From: Anaeromyxobacteraceae bacterium
Lineage (GTDB): Bacteria; Myxococcota; Myxococcia; Myxococcales; Anaeromyxobacteraceae
DNA length: 64,000 nt
Assembly (NCBI GenBank): GCA_047602405.1
Contig: JASGHJ010000001.1
Span: 2,016,001-2,080,000, forward strand
Reading direction: 5' to 3'
Shown piece after piece: positions 30,844 through 41,697 of the stretch. Below the pieces are notes generated by a model. The model was not told where the DNA came from. It saw only the letters and a program-made list of their open reading frames with translations, and ran no database searches. The translations under genes were made by a program, and so were the position numbers. How positions within the stretch are numbered: position 1 is the first letter of the stretch; each line of letters begins with the position of its first letter.

Positions 30844-32095
30844 ATGGCCCAGGCAGCTGCCGTCAAGACCAAGGCCCCGACCGCGAAGCCGCTCGTCTTC
30901 CGCTGGACCGGGAAGACGAAGAACGGCGACGTGCGCTCGGGCGAGATGGAGGCGACCGAGAAGGCCAACGTCGAGGCGCGCCTGCGGCAGATGGGGCTCG
31001 AGCCGACGAAGGTCGCCCGCAAGCTGCCCGAGCTGAAGCTCCGGCTGCCCGGCGCCGGCGGCGTCTCGATCAAGGACCTCGTCGTCTTCACCCGCCAGTT
31101 CTCGGTGATGATCGACGCCGGCCTGCCGCTCGTGCAGGCCCTCGACATCATCGGCAACCAGGCCGAGAACGCGAACTTCCGCAAGATCCTCCTCACCGTG
31201 AAGTCGAAGGTCGAGGCGGGCTCCACCTTCGCCGACGCCCTCGCCGAGCACCCCAAGGCGTTCGACGAGCTGTTCGTCCAGCTCATCCGCGCCGGCGAGG
31301 TGGGCGGCATCCTCGACACCATCCTCCAGCGCCTCGGGGCCTACCTCGAGAAGAACGACAAGCTGAAGCGGCGCGTGAAGGGCGCGATGAGCTACCCGAT
31401 CATCGTGCTCCTCGTCTCGGTGGCGGTCGTCGGCGTCCTCATCGGCAAGGTCGTCCCGACGTTCGAGAAGATGTTCAAGGACATGGGCGGCGCGCTCCCG
31501 GCCCCGACCCAGGCGCTCGTCGACCTGTCCCACATCTTCACGGACAGGTGGTACCTGTTCTTCGGCGTGCCGGCGGCGATCGCCTTCGCCTTCGGCGCGG
31601 TGACGCGCAAGGGCCGCGGCCAGGAGGTCTGGCACGCGACGGTCCTCAAGCTCCCGCTCTTCGGCCCGCTCGTGCAGAAGACCGCGGTGGCCCGCTTCAC
31701 CCGCACGCTCGGCACCATGCTCTCCTCCGGCGTGCCCATCCTCGACGCGCTCGAGAATCGTGGCCCGCTCGGCCGGCAACCGCGTCGTCGAGAAGGCCAT
31801 CCTCTACGTCCGCGCCAAGATCTCCGAGGGCAAGAACATCGCCGGCCCGCTCGCCGAGACCAAGGTGTTCCCGCCCATGGTCGTGCAGATGATCGGCGTC
31901 GGCGAGGCCACCGGCGCGATGGACACCATGCTCAACAAGGTGGCCGACTTCTACGACGACGAGGTCGACGTCGCGATCGGCTCCCTCACGAGCATGATCG
32001 AGCCGCTCATGATGGTCTTCCTGGGCGGCACGGTCGGGTACTTCATGATCGCGATGTACCTCCCGATCTTCACGATGGCGAGCGGCGTGAAGTAG
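30844..32095 (+). CDS. pilC: Inner-membrane platform protein (apparent +1 frameshift at about 31756)
   Basis: FTRQFSVMIDAGLPL, AGEVGG, VGEATG, IEP; LE-IVARSAGN restored by deleting one A. Confidence 0.95.
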
Positions 32096-32097
32096 CC

Positions 32098-33720
32098 GTG
32101 GACTCCCCCGCGGTGGCCGGGCCGGCGCGCGAGGCCGCGGCGGCCGGTCCGGGCGACGGGCTGTACCGGCGCCTCGTCTGGCTCACCTTCTTCCGGATCG
32201 TCGCCGTCACGGTGCTGCTCGGCGGCGCCGCGCTCGCGGGCCTGCGGGGCGGCGAGGACGTCGTCGAGGCGCTGGCGCCGTTCTTCGGTCTCGTCGTCGC
32301 CACCTACGCCTCGGCGCTCGTCGCCTCCATGCTGCTTCTGCGCCGGCGGGCGCTGGCCGCGACGGCGTGGGGCCACGTCGTCATCGACGTCGCGGTCGCC
32401 TCGGCGCTGGTGGGCTACACGGGCGGCACCGACAGCGTCTTCGTCTTCCTGTACTCGCTCGCCATCGGCTCCGGCGCGATCCTGCTCCTCGCCCGCGGCG
32501 CGGTGGTCGCCGGCGTGCTCGCGATCCTCACGCACGTGACCGTGTCGATCGCCTTCGCGCCGCCCCACGCGAAGGGCATCGCGTTCGCGCTCTTCACCCA
32601 GTCCGCGGCGCTCGCGGGCACCGCCGCCCTCGCCGGCTACCTCGCCACCCAGCTGCGCCGCGCGGGCGAGCGCCTGGCGGCCCGGGAGAGCGACCTCGCG
32701 GTGATCACCGCGCTGCACGAGACCATCGTGCAGTCGATGACCTCCGGCCTCCTCACCCTGGACCCGGCCGGGCGGGTCACCTTCCTCAACCGCGCCGGCG
32801 AGCTCATGTTCGGCGTCACCTCCGACGCCGCGCGGGGGCGGCGCTCGGCCGAGCTCTTCCCGGCCTTCCAGGCCGAGACCGGCCGCGGCGAGCTCGAGTA
32901 CGCGAACCAGCGCGGCGAGAGGCTGCGCCTCGGCTACTCGTCCTTCCCGCTGGTGGTCGAGGCGGGCGCGCGGGTCGGCACCGCGGTCATCTTCCAGGAC
33001 CTCACCCGGCTGCGCAGCATGGAGGAGGCGGTGCAGCGCTCGGCGCGGCTCGCCGACCTCGGGCGCGTGGCCGCCGGCCTCGCCCACGAGCTGCGCAACC
33101 CGCTCGCCTCGATGTCCGGCTCGCTGGAGCTCCTCGCCGGCCAGGCGGCTGCCACCGAGGAGGACCGCAAGCTCATGGGCATCGTGCTCCGCGAGGCCTC
33201 GCGCCTCGAGGAGCTCGTCTCCGACTTCCTGCGCTTCGCTCGCCCCCCGCCGATCCGGCGCGCCCCGGCCGACCTCGCCTCCATGCTCGACGAGATGCTG
33301 CGGGTCTTCGCCTTCGACCCCGCCGCGGCGGGCGTCACGGTCACCCGCGAGCTCACGCCCACCCAGGCCGAGTGCGACCTGGACCAGATCCGGCAGGTGG
33401 CGTGGAACCTGGTCGTGAACGCCGCCCACGCGGTGCGCGCCGCCCACCCGGACGGCGGCGGCACCATCCGCGTCCGCTGCGCGCCGGAGGGTGACCTCGT
33501 GCGCTTCGTGGTCGAGGACGACGGCGGCGGCATCCCGCCGGACGACCTCGAGAAGATCTTCATGCCGTTCTTCACCACCAAGGAGCGCGGCTCCGGGCTC
33601 GGCCTCGCGGCCGTGCACCGGGTGGTCGACGCCCACGGCGGCAGCGTGTCGGTCGAGTCCGCGCCGGGCGAGGGCGCCCGCTTCACCGTGCGCCTGCCCG
33701 CGCGCGAGGTCGCGGTCTAG
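32098..33720 (+). CDS. pilS: Sensor histidine kinase PilS
   Basis: Multi-TM N-terminus, PAS, AHELRNPL, N/G1/F/G2 boxes; follows pilC. Confidence 0.88.
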   Translation: MDSPAVAGPAREAAAAGPGDGLYRRLVWLTFFRIVAVTVLLGGAALAGLRGGEDVVEALAPFFGLVVATYASALVASMLLLRRRALAATAWGHVVIDVAVASALVGYTGGTDSVFVFLYSLAIGSGAILLLARGAVVAGVLAILTHVTVSIAFAPPHAKGIAFALFTQSAALAGTAALAGYLATQLRRAGERLAARESDLAVITALHETIVQSMTSGLLTLDPAGRVTFLNRAGELMFGVTSDAARGRRSAELFPAFQAETGRGELEYANQRGERLRLGYSSFPLVVEAGARVGTAVIFQDLTRLRSMEEAVQRSARLADLGRVAAGLAHELRNPLASMSGSLELLAGQAAATEEDRKLMGIVLREASRLEELVSDFLRFARPPPIRRAPADLASMLDEMLRVFAFDPAAAGVTVTRELTPTQAECDLDQIRQVAWNLVVNAAHAVRAAHPDGGGTIRVRCAPEGDLVRFVVEDDGGGIPPDDLEKIFMPFFTTKERGSGLGLAAVHRVVDAHGGSVSVESAPGEGARFTVRLPAREVAV

Positions 33721-33754
33721 GGCCCCGGCCGGGCCCGGGTTAGTATCCCCGCCC

Positions 33755-35125
<1,371 letters not shown>

Positions 35126-35148
35126 GCTGGCCCGTTCGGGCCGGCTCC

Positions 35149-35480
35149 ATGGGCAAACGGTACCTTGGGGGCGAAACGCGCCTCCGCGACGGCGCTTGCT
35201 CGGACGGGTTTGAGACGGAAGAGATCGCCGGAACCGTGGCCGTTCCATGGCGGTGATCGTGGCAGCAGGCCTGCACGCGAGTTGCGCGTGACGACGCCGT
35301 GCGCTTCGCGCACGTCACCGTCACACGCCCTCGTCGCTTGGCCTGCATTGCCCCGATGTGGAGGCGGTACCTCGCCCGTCGCTCGCTGCGCGCCGCTGCG
35401 GAGACGCGTTTCGCCCTCGGGCGTGACGGACGGAGGTCGGCCGTGGATGCCGGGTGCTGGTGTTGAACTGATGGTGAGAT
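35149..35480 (+). repeat. Structured fold-back element, copy 1 (MITE/REPIN-like or ncRNA)
   Basis: Conserved blocks match the reverse complement of 35710-36039; 83-nt core 81/83 identical; internal ~25-bp inverted repeats. Confidence 0.85.
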
Positions 35481-35709
35481 CGGGGTGAGGGTGACGCTGA
35501 CGCTGACGGTGGTGATGATGAGCGTGAGACCGATCGCTCACGCTTTCCGGCGTTCGAGCATCAACTGTCGTAGAGCGACAGGATTACTGACCCCCTCACG
35601 ACACCAATTCTGACCCCCCCCACTCCCCTACCGCCTTTGACGCCCAACGCGTAACGCGTAACCCCTGACGCGTAACGCGTAACCCCCAACCCCCAGCGCC
35701 CCACCTTCT

Positions 35710-36039
35710 TCACCATCAGTTCATTACCAGCTACCCAGCAACATCGGCCGACCTCAGTCCGGTACGCCCGAGGGCAAAACGTGCCTCCGCAGCGACGGCC
35801 GGCGGAGGTCGGGCTCTCCACGTCTCCAGGATCCTAGCGATTGCAGGCCAAGCGACGAGGGCGTGTGACGGCGACGTGCGCGCAGCGCACGGCGTCGTCA
35901 CGCGCAACTCGCGTGCAGGCCTGCCGCGGCCTATGCGATCGCAGCTACCCCGGTTCCGGGCGTCTGCACCATACACAGACCGACGCAGCCGGCCGGCGTC
36001 GCGGAGGCGCGTTTTGCCCGCAAGGCACCGTCTGCCCAC
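35710..36039 (-). repeat. Structured fold-back element, copy 2
   Basis: Inverted homolog of 35149-35480. Confidence 0.85.
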
Positions 36040-36077
36040 ACGGGCGGGCCCCTGCCCAGAGGGGGAGGAGGGGAGGG

Positions 36078-36108
36078 GGCCCGCGGACGCAAGGAGCGTC
36101 CGCGGGCC
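36078..36108 (-). terminator. Hairpin directly after the pilY1 stop
   Basis: 13-bp perfect stem GGCCCGCGGACGC/GCGTCCGCGGGCC; no clear U-tract. Confidence 0.55.
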
Positions 36109-36115
36109 GTGGAGG

Positions 36116-39100
36116 CTACTCGCAGACGCTGGCCGAGGTGGCCACGTCGTGGCGGCAGGCGTGGGCCTGGCGCGGGATCTCCAGCCAGAAGGCGCCGGAG
36201 CCACCGAGCTTGCGGGTGCCCGCGCCGGTGGTGTTGGCCTGCGAGTTGTTGATGGCCTGGCTCGAGTAGGACACCGTCTTCTTGTTGGTGTTCACACCCA
36301 CGATCACCTGCGAGGCGTTGGGCGCCGCGGTGACGTTGGAGAGGGCCGCCACCGCGTCGATGCCGCCGGAGCAGGAGGTGGTCGGGGAGCCGGAGAGGTA
36401 GTCGGTGCCGTAGGCGTAGGCGACCGGCGTGCCGAGGGTGCCGGAGCACGGGTCCACCGTGGTGGTGGTGCCGACCGGGCGGAACGAGCTCCAGAACGTG
36501 CAGCCGAGGACGACGGTGGCGTTGGAGCCGGTCTTCTCGTCGACCCAGGGCGGCGTGTCGGTGCAGGCCGAGAGCGGGCAGACGTCGCCGTACTGGTAGT
36601 ACCAGCCCGGGCCGGTGGCCGAGGAGCGGCAGGAGGTGGCGGCGCCGCCGCCGAGGCAGGTGCCGTCCTTCTGCGCCTTCGTCACGTCGGTCAGGGCGCA
36701 CGGGCCGCCGGCGCAGGTGGTGGCGCCGCCGAAGGCGATGTCGGTGAAGCGGTGTTGGTCGAACGTCTTCGCCGCCGCGAGGGTGTCGAAGGTCTTCGTG
36801 GTCGCGGTGGTGGGGCCGGAGCCGTACGACCAGAAGCCGAAGAAGCGGGCGTGCGTCGGCCCCGTGAAGGCGACGTTCGACACGGTCCGCTCGCCGATGG
36901 GCGTGACGGTGCAGAGGCCGCTGCCGCTGCAGGAGGTCGTGCCGATGGCGTCGGGGAGCGCGCCGATGCCCGGGCAGTTGAGCTTCACGGTCTCCTTCGC
37001 GAGGTACGTGTCCGCGCCCGCCGAGCAGGTGGTCGCGGTGAGGCTGCCGCCGTGGGCGTAGGTGAGCACGCCGCCGTTGCAGACGAACTTGTCGGTGCGG
37101 TTGTAGCCGGTGGAGTAGCTGCGCTCGAGCTGCGACTCCGTGGTGCAGCCCGCCTTGCAGCAGCCGAGCAGGTCGTCGTTCTCGCAGTTCGCGGTCGTCG
37201 TCATGAGGCGCTCGCGGTTGCCGGAGCCGAGGTAGGTGCGCAGCGAGCGGGTCGAGGCGTCGTAGACGTTGCTCGTCATGTAGAAGAACTCGTTGCGGCC
37301 GGCGATCCGCTGCGCGTCGTCGGCCTGGCGGCGCTGCTCGAACGTGCGGCTCGCGAACCAGTTCGTGACCTTGCCGCTCGTGACGTCGAGCGTGCCGGGG
37401 CTCCAGAAGCGCGCCACCCAGACGTTGCCGCCGAGGTCGCCCCAGGTCGCGGTGTCGAAGAACCCGTCGTTGTCGATGGTGCGCTTCGACGAGTCGCCCA
37501 CGTCGAGGAGGGAGATGCCGGCGGGGACCGGGAACATGTGCCCGGGGCGGGCGTAGGTCGAGCCCCAGTCGTCGTCGGTGAAGCGCCAGATCGACTTGCC
37601 GGACCAGACGTCGACGAAGAAGACCGCGCGGCCCTGGTTGAGCGAGGGGTCGTAGCCGCCGTTGATCGCGACGATCCACTTCTCCGCGAAGCCGCGCAGG
37701 CTGTCGTTCGCGGTGGGGGTGGTCTCGACCACCCGCACCGGGCCGATGGGCGGCGGCTTCGGCGCGAAGTCGGACCAGGTCTGCCCGATGAGGTCGGCGT
37801 CCTCGGCGCAGCCCTCGGGGTAGTTCCACAGGAGGGCCGGGCGGCCCTTCGTGGTCGCGGTGGCGGAGCCGGAGCCCTGGGGCTTGCCCGGGGCGGTCAC
37901 GTCGAGCGCGGTGTACTGGTTCCCGCCCGTGCGGCGGCCGAACACGATGATGGTGTGGAACTCGTGCGCCTGCTTCACGCCGTCGCGGTCGGTGGTGACG
38001 GAGAGGTCGGTGGTGGCGCCGTCCTGCTGGACGCTCCCGTCCACCCAGACGTCCTGGGCCATGACCGAGGCGTCCACGAGGTACTGGTGGCCGTCGAGCA
38101 GGTTCTTGAGGCGCGGCAGGACGTCGATGGGGATGAAGCCCCAGATCTCCTCGCCGGTGCCGGGGTTGTACTGGTCGGTGGAGAGCTCCGCGGAGGTCGA
38201 CAGGTAGGTGCCGGCGTCGAACGCGTGCAGGATGCCGTCGTTGCCGCCGACGAAGAGCACGCGGTTGCGGTTGAGCGCCGCGGCGCGGAACACGTTGTAG
38301 GTGTCGAGGGTGACCGTGCCCGAGGTGGGCATCGGCGTCATCTTCGGGAACAGCGGGGTCGAGAAGAGCGTGGGCTTGCACTGCTTCTCGAGGCCCGTCG
38401 CGCACAGGAACTCGTGGACCGGCGCCGCGACCACGGCCGGGGAGCTGTGGGCGATGTCGCCGAGCTTCCAGAAGAGCGGGGTGGTCCGCCCGTCCTGGGC
38501 GCGGTCGCGCTCCTCGCCCTTCGTCCCGCGCTGGCAGCCGGCGGCGTTGGTCTTGCCCGGGCCGGCGCAGCCGTCGCCGTCCTGGTCGAGGACGTCCCAG
38601 CCGCGCACGAAGTAGATGACCTCCCGGGCGCACTCCTGGAGCGGCGCCGCGCTCACGATGCCGAGGCGCGCGAGCAGGGTCGTGCACCAGGGCCCGTCCA
38701 TGTTCAGGTACGGCAGGAGCGTCGCCGCGTTCGCCGCGGTGAACTCGACGCGGTTGCCCGCGACCCAGGTGAACAGGGTGCGGGCGTTCGTCGCGGTCTC
38801 GTCTGCCGAGCGGTAGCCGGTCTTGGTCGAGTCGGAGAGGACGCGGCCGGCGTCCCAGGGCAGGTTCGCGGCGGTGGTCGTGCCGGCCTTGAGGAAGTCG
38901 CCGGTGGCGGCGTCCTCGGCGATGCGGTTGCAGTCCTTGTCGACGAGGAACGTGCTCGTGCACTTGTCGTCGCCGTCGAGGTCGGAGGAGACGACGTGCC
39001 CCTGGCAGGTGACGTCGGGGGCCGCGCCGCCCTCCTTGCAGCCGTTCAGCTTCTCGTCGAACACGAAGGCCTCGAACACGTGGCCCTCCCACGGGAAGGA

Positions 39101-41107
39101 CTCGTTCGGCTTGAAGCGGGTGACGAAGGCCTCGGAGGTCGTGTACTGCGTCGTCTGCAGGGAGTTCGCGCTCGCGACCGAGAACGAGTTCAGCTTCGGG
39201 ATCACCGAGCGGACCGCGTTGTAGACGGCGTTCGAGAGCTCGTCCTCGCTGCCGGCCACCGCGAAGGTGCCGCCGCCCATGTTGGCGGTCGCGTGGAGGA
39301 TGTTGTACGCGCGCGGGTCGAGCTGGCTCATCGTGTTGAAGCCGATGGTGTGGATCGTGAGCGCCTGCTTCGAGCCGGTGGAGAAGTCGGTGCGCAGCTG
39401 GGTGTTGTGCAGCCAGGAGGCGATGCGCGGGAGCGGGCTCAGCTTCGTCGTCTCCGACGGCGAGTAGCAGCTGCAGCTGGCGATCGTGCTGCAGGCCGCG
39501 CCCGCGGCCGTGCACGCGGCGCACGGGCAGGTCGTGCAGGCGCTCGTGTCGGTGGCCGGGTCGGCCGCGGCGTAGCACGCCGCGCAGCTCGCGCGACCGC
39601 AGTTGGTGGTCAGGTTGTAGGTGGTGGAGTCCCAGTTCGTGACGGCCGTGGGGAACGTGATCTCGCTGTTCGGCGAGCCGTCGGTGACCGCGATGATCGT
39701 GCTGTTCTGGCAGGCCCAGCAGAACGAGCACTGGACGTTGCCGGGCTTCGTCACCCAGGCGGCGTTCACCTTCCCGGCGCTCTTCTCGTTGAAGGCGGCG
39801 AGCTCGTAGGTGGCGCCGAACTTGTTCTTGTAGAGATCCTTCGAGGTGAAGTACTGGCCGACGTTGAAGACGGCGCTGCCGAGCGGCGTGCTCCCCGAGG
39901 CCGGGTTGAAGAAGCCGCCGGTGATGGTGGTGCCGTCGACGACGGTGTTGAGGGCAATGTCCTTGTAGTGGGTCTGGTCGTAGTTCAGCGTCGAGAGGAT
40001 GTACTGCCGCGACTGCCGGAAGCCGTCGAAGGTGGGCGGGTAGGACGAGGCCTTGTCCGGGCCGAGCGGGACGATGAGCTGGGCGCGCTGGTTGCCGCCC
40101 GCGCCGGAGTCGAGGATCGCGAGGCCGAGGCGGACCTGGTCGAGCTGCAGCTGCTCGCCCGTGTCGGCGCGGTCCATCCAGGCGAGGTTTTTCACCACCG
40201 TCTTCGCCGACATGAACTTCGGCGGGTTCGCGTTCAGGAAGGTGCCCTTGAAGAGCGGCACGCCGGTCGCGCTGGAGAAGCCGCCGGGCGACCACTTCGA
40301 GGTCCCCGCGTTGTACGTGCAGGTCCCCTCCGCGGCCCACTTGATCCGGTAGAAGTAGAACCCGCGGGTCGACATGCAGGTCGAGCACGCGGCGCCGAGG
40401 TCGATGGGGTTGCCGGCGCAGTCCTTGATGACGTTGCCGCTGCCGTCGACCGCGGTGCAGGTCTTCGCGAGCGTGGCGGCGGTCGCGTCGGACGCCGGGT
40501 CGTCGTGCTGGAAGCGGGTCGCCTTGAAGCTCGCGGCGGTGCTGCCCACCGTCCAGCTCGCGTAGCGGTAGACGGCCTTCGGGTCGAACATGCACCTGTC
40601 GCCCGTGCACTTCGTCGCGCAGGCGGCCCCGCCGTTGCCCCACGGCGGGCAATCCCAGAGGAGGTCGTTCGTCCGGCCCGGGTCGGCGTAGGTCGTCTTG
40701 GGCGTGACGTTCTCCATCCACTTCAGCTGCGGCCCGGTGCCGTCGGTCGCGGGCGTGCACGTGCCCTTGATCGACACGAACAGCGGGGAGACCTGGGCGG
40801 TCGTCGACGGGTTGACCGGCGAGGTGAGCGAGGGCGACTTGCAGGTGCCGGGCGCGCTGCCGTCGTTCCAGCTGTAGTCGCCGCACTGGGTGAAGTCGTA
40901 CATCGACCCCGAGGTGTCGAGCGTCAGCATGACCGACGCCGGGCCCGACGGCAGCTTGAAGAAGGCCTCGTCGCCCACGACCGGCGCGGTGAGCTGGGAG
41001 GCGAGCGAGGTGGTGTTCACGCAGCAGGTGGTCGTCGCGCCGTCGCCCGCGAGGGGCAGGAGGGCGAGGAGGGCCGCGAGGGGCAGGATGGCGCTGAGCT
41101 TCTTCAC
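36116..41107 (-). CDS. pilY1: PilY1 tip adhesin, Cys-rich, vWA-like plus beta-propeller
   Basis: Signal peptide; LDTSGSM/TPL/VTDG MIDAS; KLGDIAHSSP, GGNDGILHAF, GEEIWGFIP; last gene of the minor pilin operon. Confidence 0.9.
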   Translation of the reverse strand: MKKLSAILPLAALLALLPLAGDGATTTCCVNTTSLASQLTAPVVGDEAFFKLPSGPASVMLTLDTSGSMYDFTQCGDYSWNDGSAPGTCKSPSLTSPVNPSTTAQVSPLFVSIKGTCTPATDGTGPQLKWMENVTPKTTYADPGRTNDLLWDCPPWGNGGAACATKCTGDRCMFDPKAVYRYASWTVGSTAASFKATRFQHDDPASDATAATLAKTCTAVDGSGNVIKDCAGNPIDLGAACSTCMSTRGFYFYRIKWAAEGTCTYNAGTSKWSPGGFSSATGVPLFKGTFLNANPPKFMSAKTVVKNLAWMDRADTGEQLQLDQVRLGLAILDSGAGGNQRAQLIVPLGPDKASSYPPTFDGFRQSRQYILSTLNYDQTHYKDIALNTVVDGTTITGGFFNPASGSTPLGSAVFNVGQYFTSKDLYKNKFGATYELAAFNEKSAGKVNAAWVTKPGNVQCSFCWACQNSTIIAVTDGSPNSEITFPTAVTNWDSTTYNLTTNCGRASCAACYAAADPATDTSACTTCPCAACTAAGAACSTIASCSCYSPSETTKLSPLPRIASWLHNTQLRTDFSTGSKQALTIHTIGFNTMSQLDPRAYNILHATANMGGGTFAVAGSEDELSNAVYNAVRSVIPKLNSFSVASANSLQTTQYTTSEAFVTRFKPNESFPWEGHVFEAFVFDEKLNGCKEGGAAPDVTCQGHVVSSDLDGDDKCTSTFLVDKDCNRIAEDAATGDFLKAGTTTAANLPWDAGRVLSDSTKTGYRSADETATNARTLFTWVAGNRVEFTAANAATLLPYLNMDGPWCTTLLARLGIVSAAPLQECAREVIYFVRGWDVLDQDGDGCAGPGKTNAAGCQRGTKGEERDRAQDGRTTPLFWKLGDIAHSSPAVVAAPVHEFLCATGLEKQCKPTLFSTPLFPKMTPMPTSGTVTLDTYNVFRAAALNRNRVLFVGGNDGILHAFDAGTYLSTSAELSTDQYNPGTGEEIWGFIPIDVLPRLKNLLDGHQYLVDASVMAQDVWVDGSVQQDGATTDLSVTTDRDGVKQAHEFHTIIVFGRRTGGNQYTALDVTAPGKPQGSGSATATTKGRPALLWNYPEGCAEDADLIGQTWSDFAPKPPPIGPVRVVETTPTANDSLRGFAEKWIVAINGGYDPSLNQGRAVFFVDVWSGKSIWRFTDDDWGSTYARPGHMFPVPAGISLLDVGDSSKRTIDNDGFFDTATWGDLGGNVWVARFWSPGTLDVTSGKVTNWFASRTFEQRRQADDAQRIAGRNEFFYMTSNVYDASTRSLRTYLGSGNRERLMTTTANCENDDLLGCCKAGCTTESQLERSYSTGYNRTDKFVCNGGVLTYAHGGSLTATTCSAGADTYLAKETVKLNCPGIGALPDAIGTTSCSGSGLCTVTPIGERTVSNVAFTGPTHARFFGFWSYGSGPTTATTKTFDTLAAAKTFDQHRFTDIAFGGATTCAGGPCALTDVTKAQKDGTCLGGGAATSCRSSATGPGWYYQYGDVCPLSACTDTPPWVDEKTGSNATVVLGCTFWSSFRPVGTTTTVDPCSGTLGTPVAYAYGTDYLSGSPTTSCSGGIDAVAALSNVTAAPNASQVIVGVNTNKKTVSYSSQAINNSQANTTGAGTRKLGGSGAFWLEIPRQAHACRHDVATSASVCE

Positions 41108-41116
41108 GGGATCCTC

Positions 41117-41689
41117 CTAGAGGCCGTAGCGGATGCCGAACTCGACCTCGAGCTGGCGCCCACCCTGGACCACGCCGTCCTGGCAGCGGACGATCACCTT
41201 GTACGGCTTGCCGCCGAGCCCGCCGGTGGCGCTGATCACGTTGGAGATGTCGGACGGGGTCGCGCCCGCGGAGCCGAACGCGGTGTCGCCGAGCGCGGTC
41301 ACCTGCGTGATGCGGACCTGCTCGATCTCGGTCGCGGTGCCCACCGGCTGGTCGTAGTGGCCGCCGATCACCCGGGTGGCGCCGTTGCCGGTGGTCGTGC
41401 CGAGCTCGACGTTGAGCGCCTGCACGTTGGCCGGGAACCCCAGCAGGTGGAACTGCGAGACGAGCATCTGGCGCGCGGCCGCGGCGCAGGCCACGAGCGC
41501 CTGCTCCTGCTTGAGCGCGGTCGCGCCGGCGACCTCGCGCGACGCGAAGCGGACGATGCCGACCGCGAGGACCATGACGACCATGATCACGATCACCGCG
41601 GTGAGCAGCGCGCTGCCCCGCGGCGACGACCGCCGGAGGGACGCGAGGGTGGAGCGGCCGGTGGCCGGCCTCGGTTCGTTGGTGCGCAT
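41117..41689 (-). CDS. pilX: Minor pilin PilX-like
   Basis: RG/SALLTAVIVIMV class III signal lacking E5; just upstream of pilY1. Confidence 0.75.
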   Translation of the reverse strand: MRTNEPRPATGRSTLASLRRSSPRGSALLTAVIVIMVVMVLAVGIVRFASREVAGATALKQEQALVACAAAARQMLVSQFHLLGFPANVQALNVELGTTTGNGATRVIGGHYDQPVGTATEIEQVRITQVTALGDTAFGSAGATPSDISNVISATGGLGGKPYKVIVRCQDGVVQGGRQLEVEFGIRYGL

Positions 41690-41697
41690 GGCGTTCC

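Noticed and set aside
35126..36115. CRISPR array or small protein genes in the pilR-pilY1 gap
   Set aside because: Only two inverted copies, no regular repeat-spacer units; the ORFs are translations of the repeat with atypical codon use
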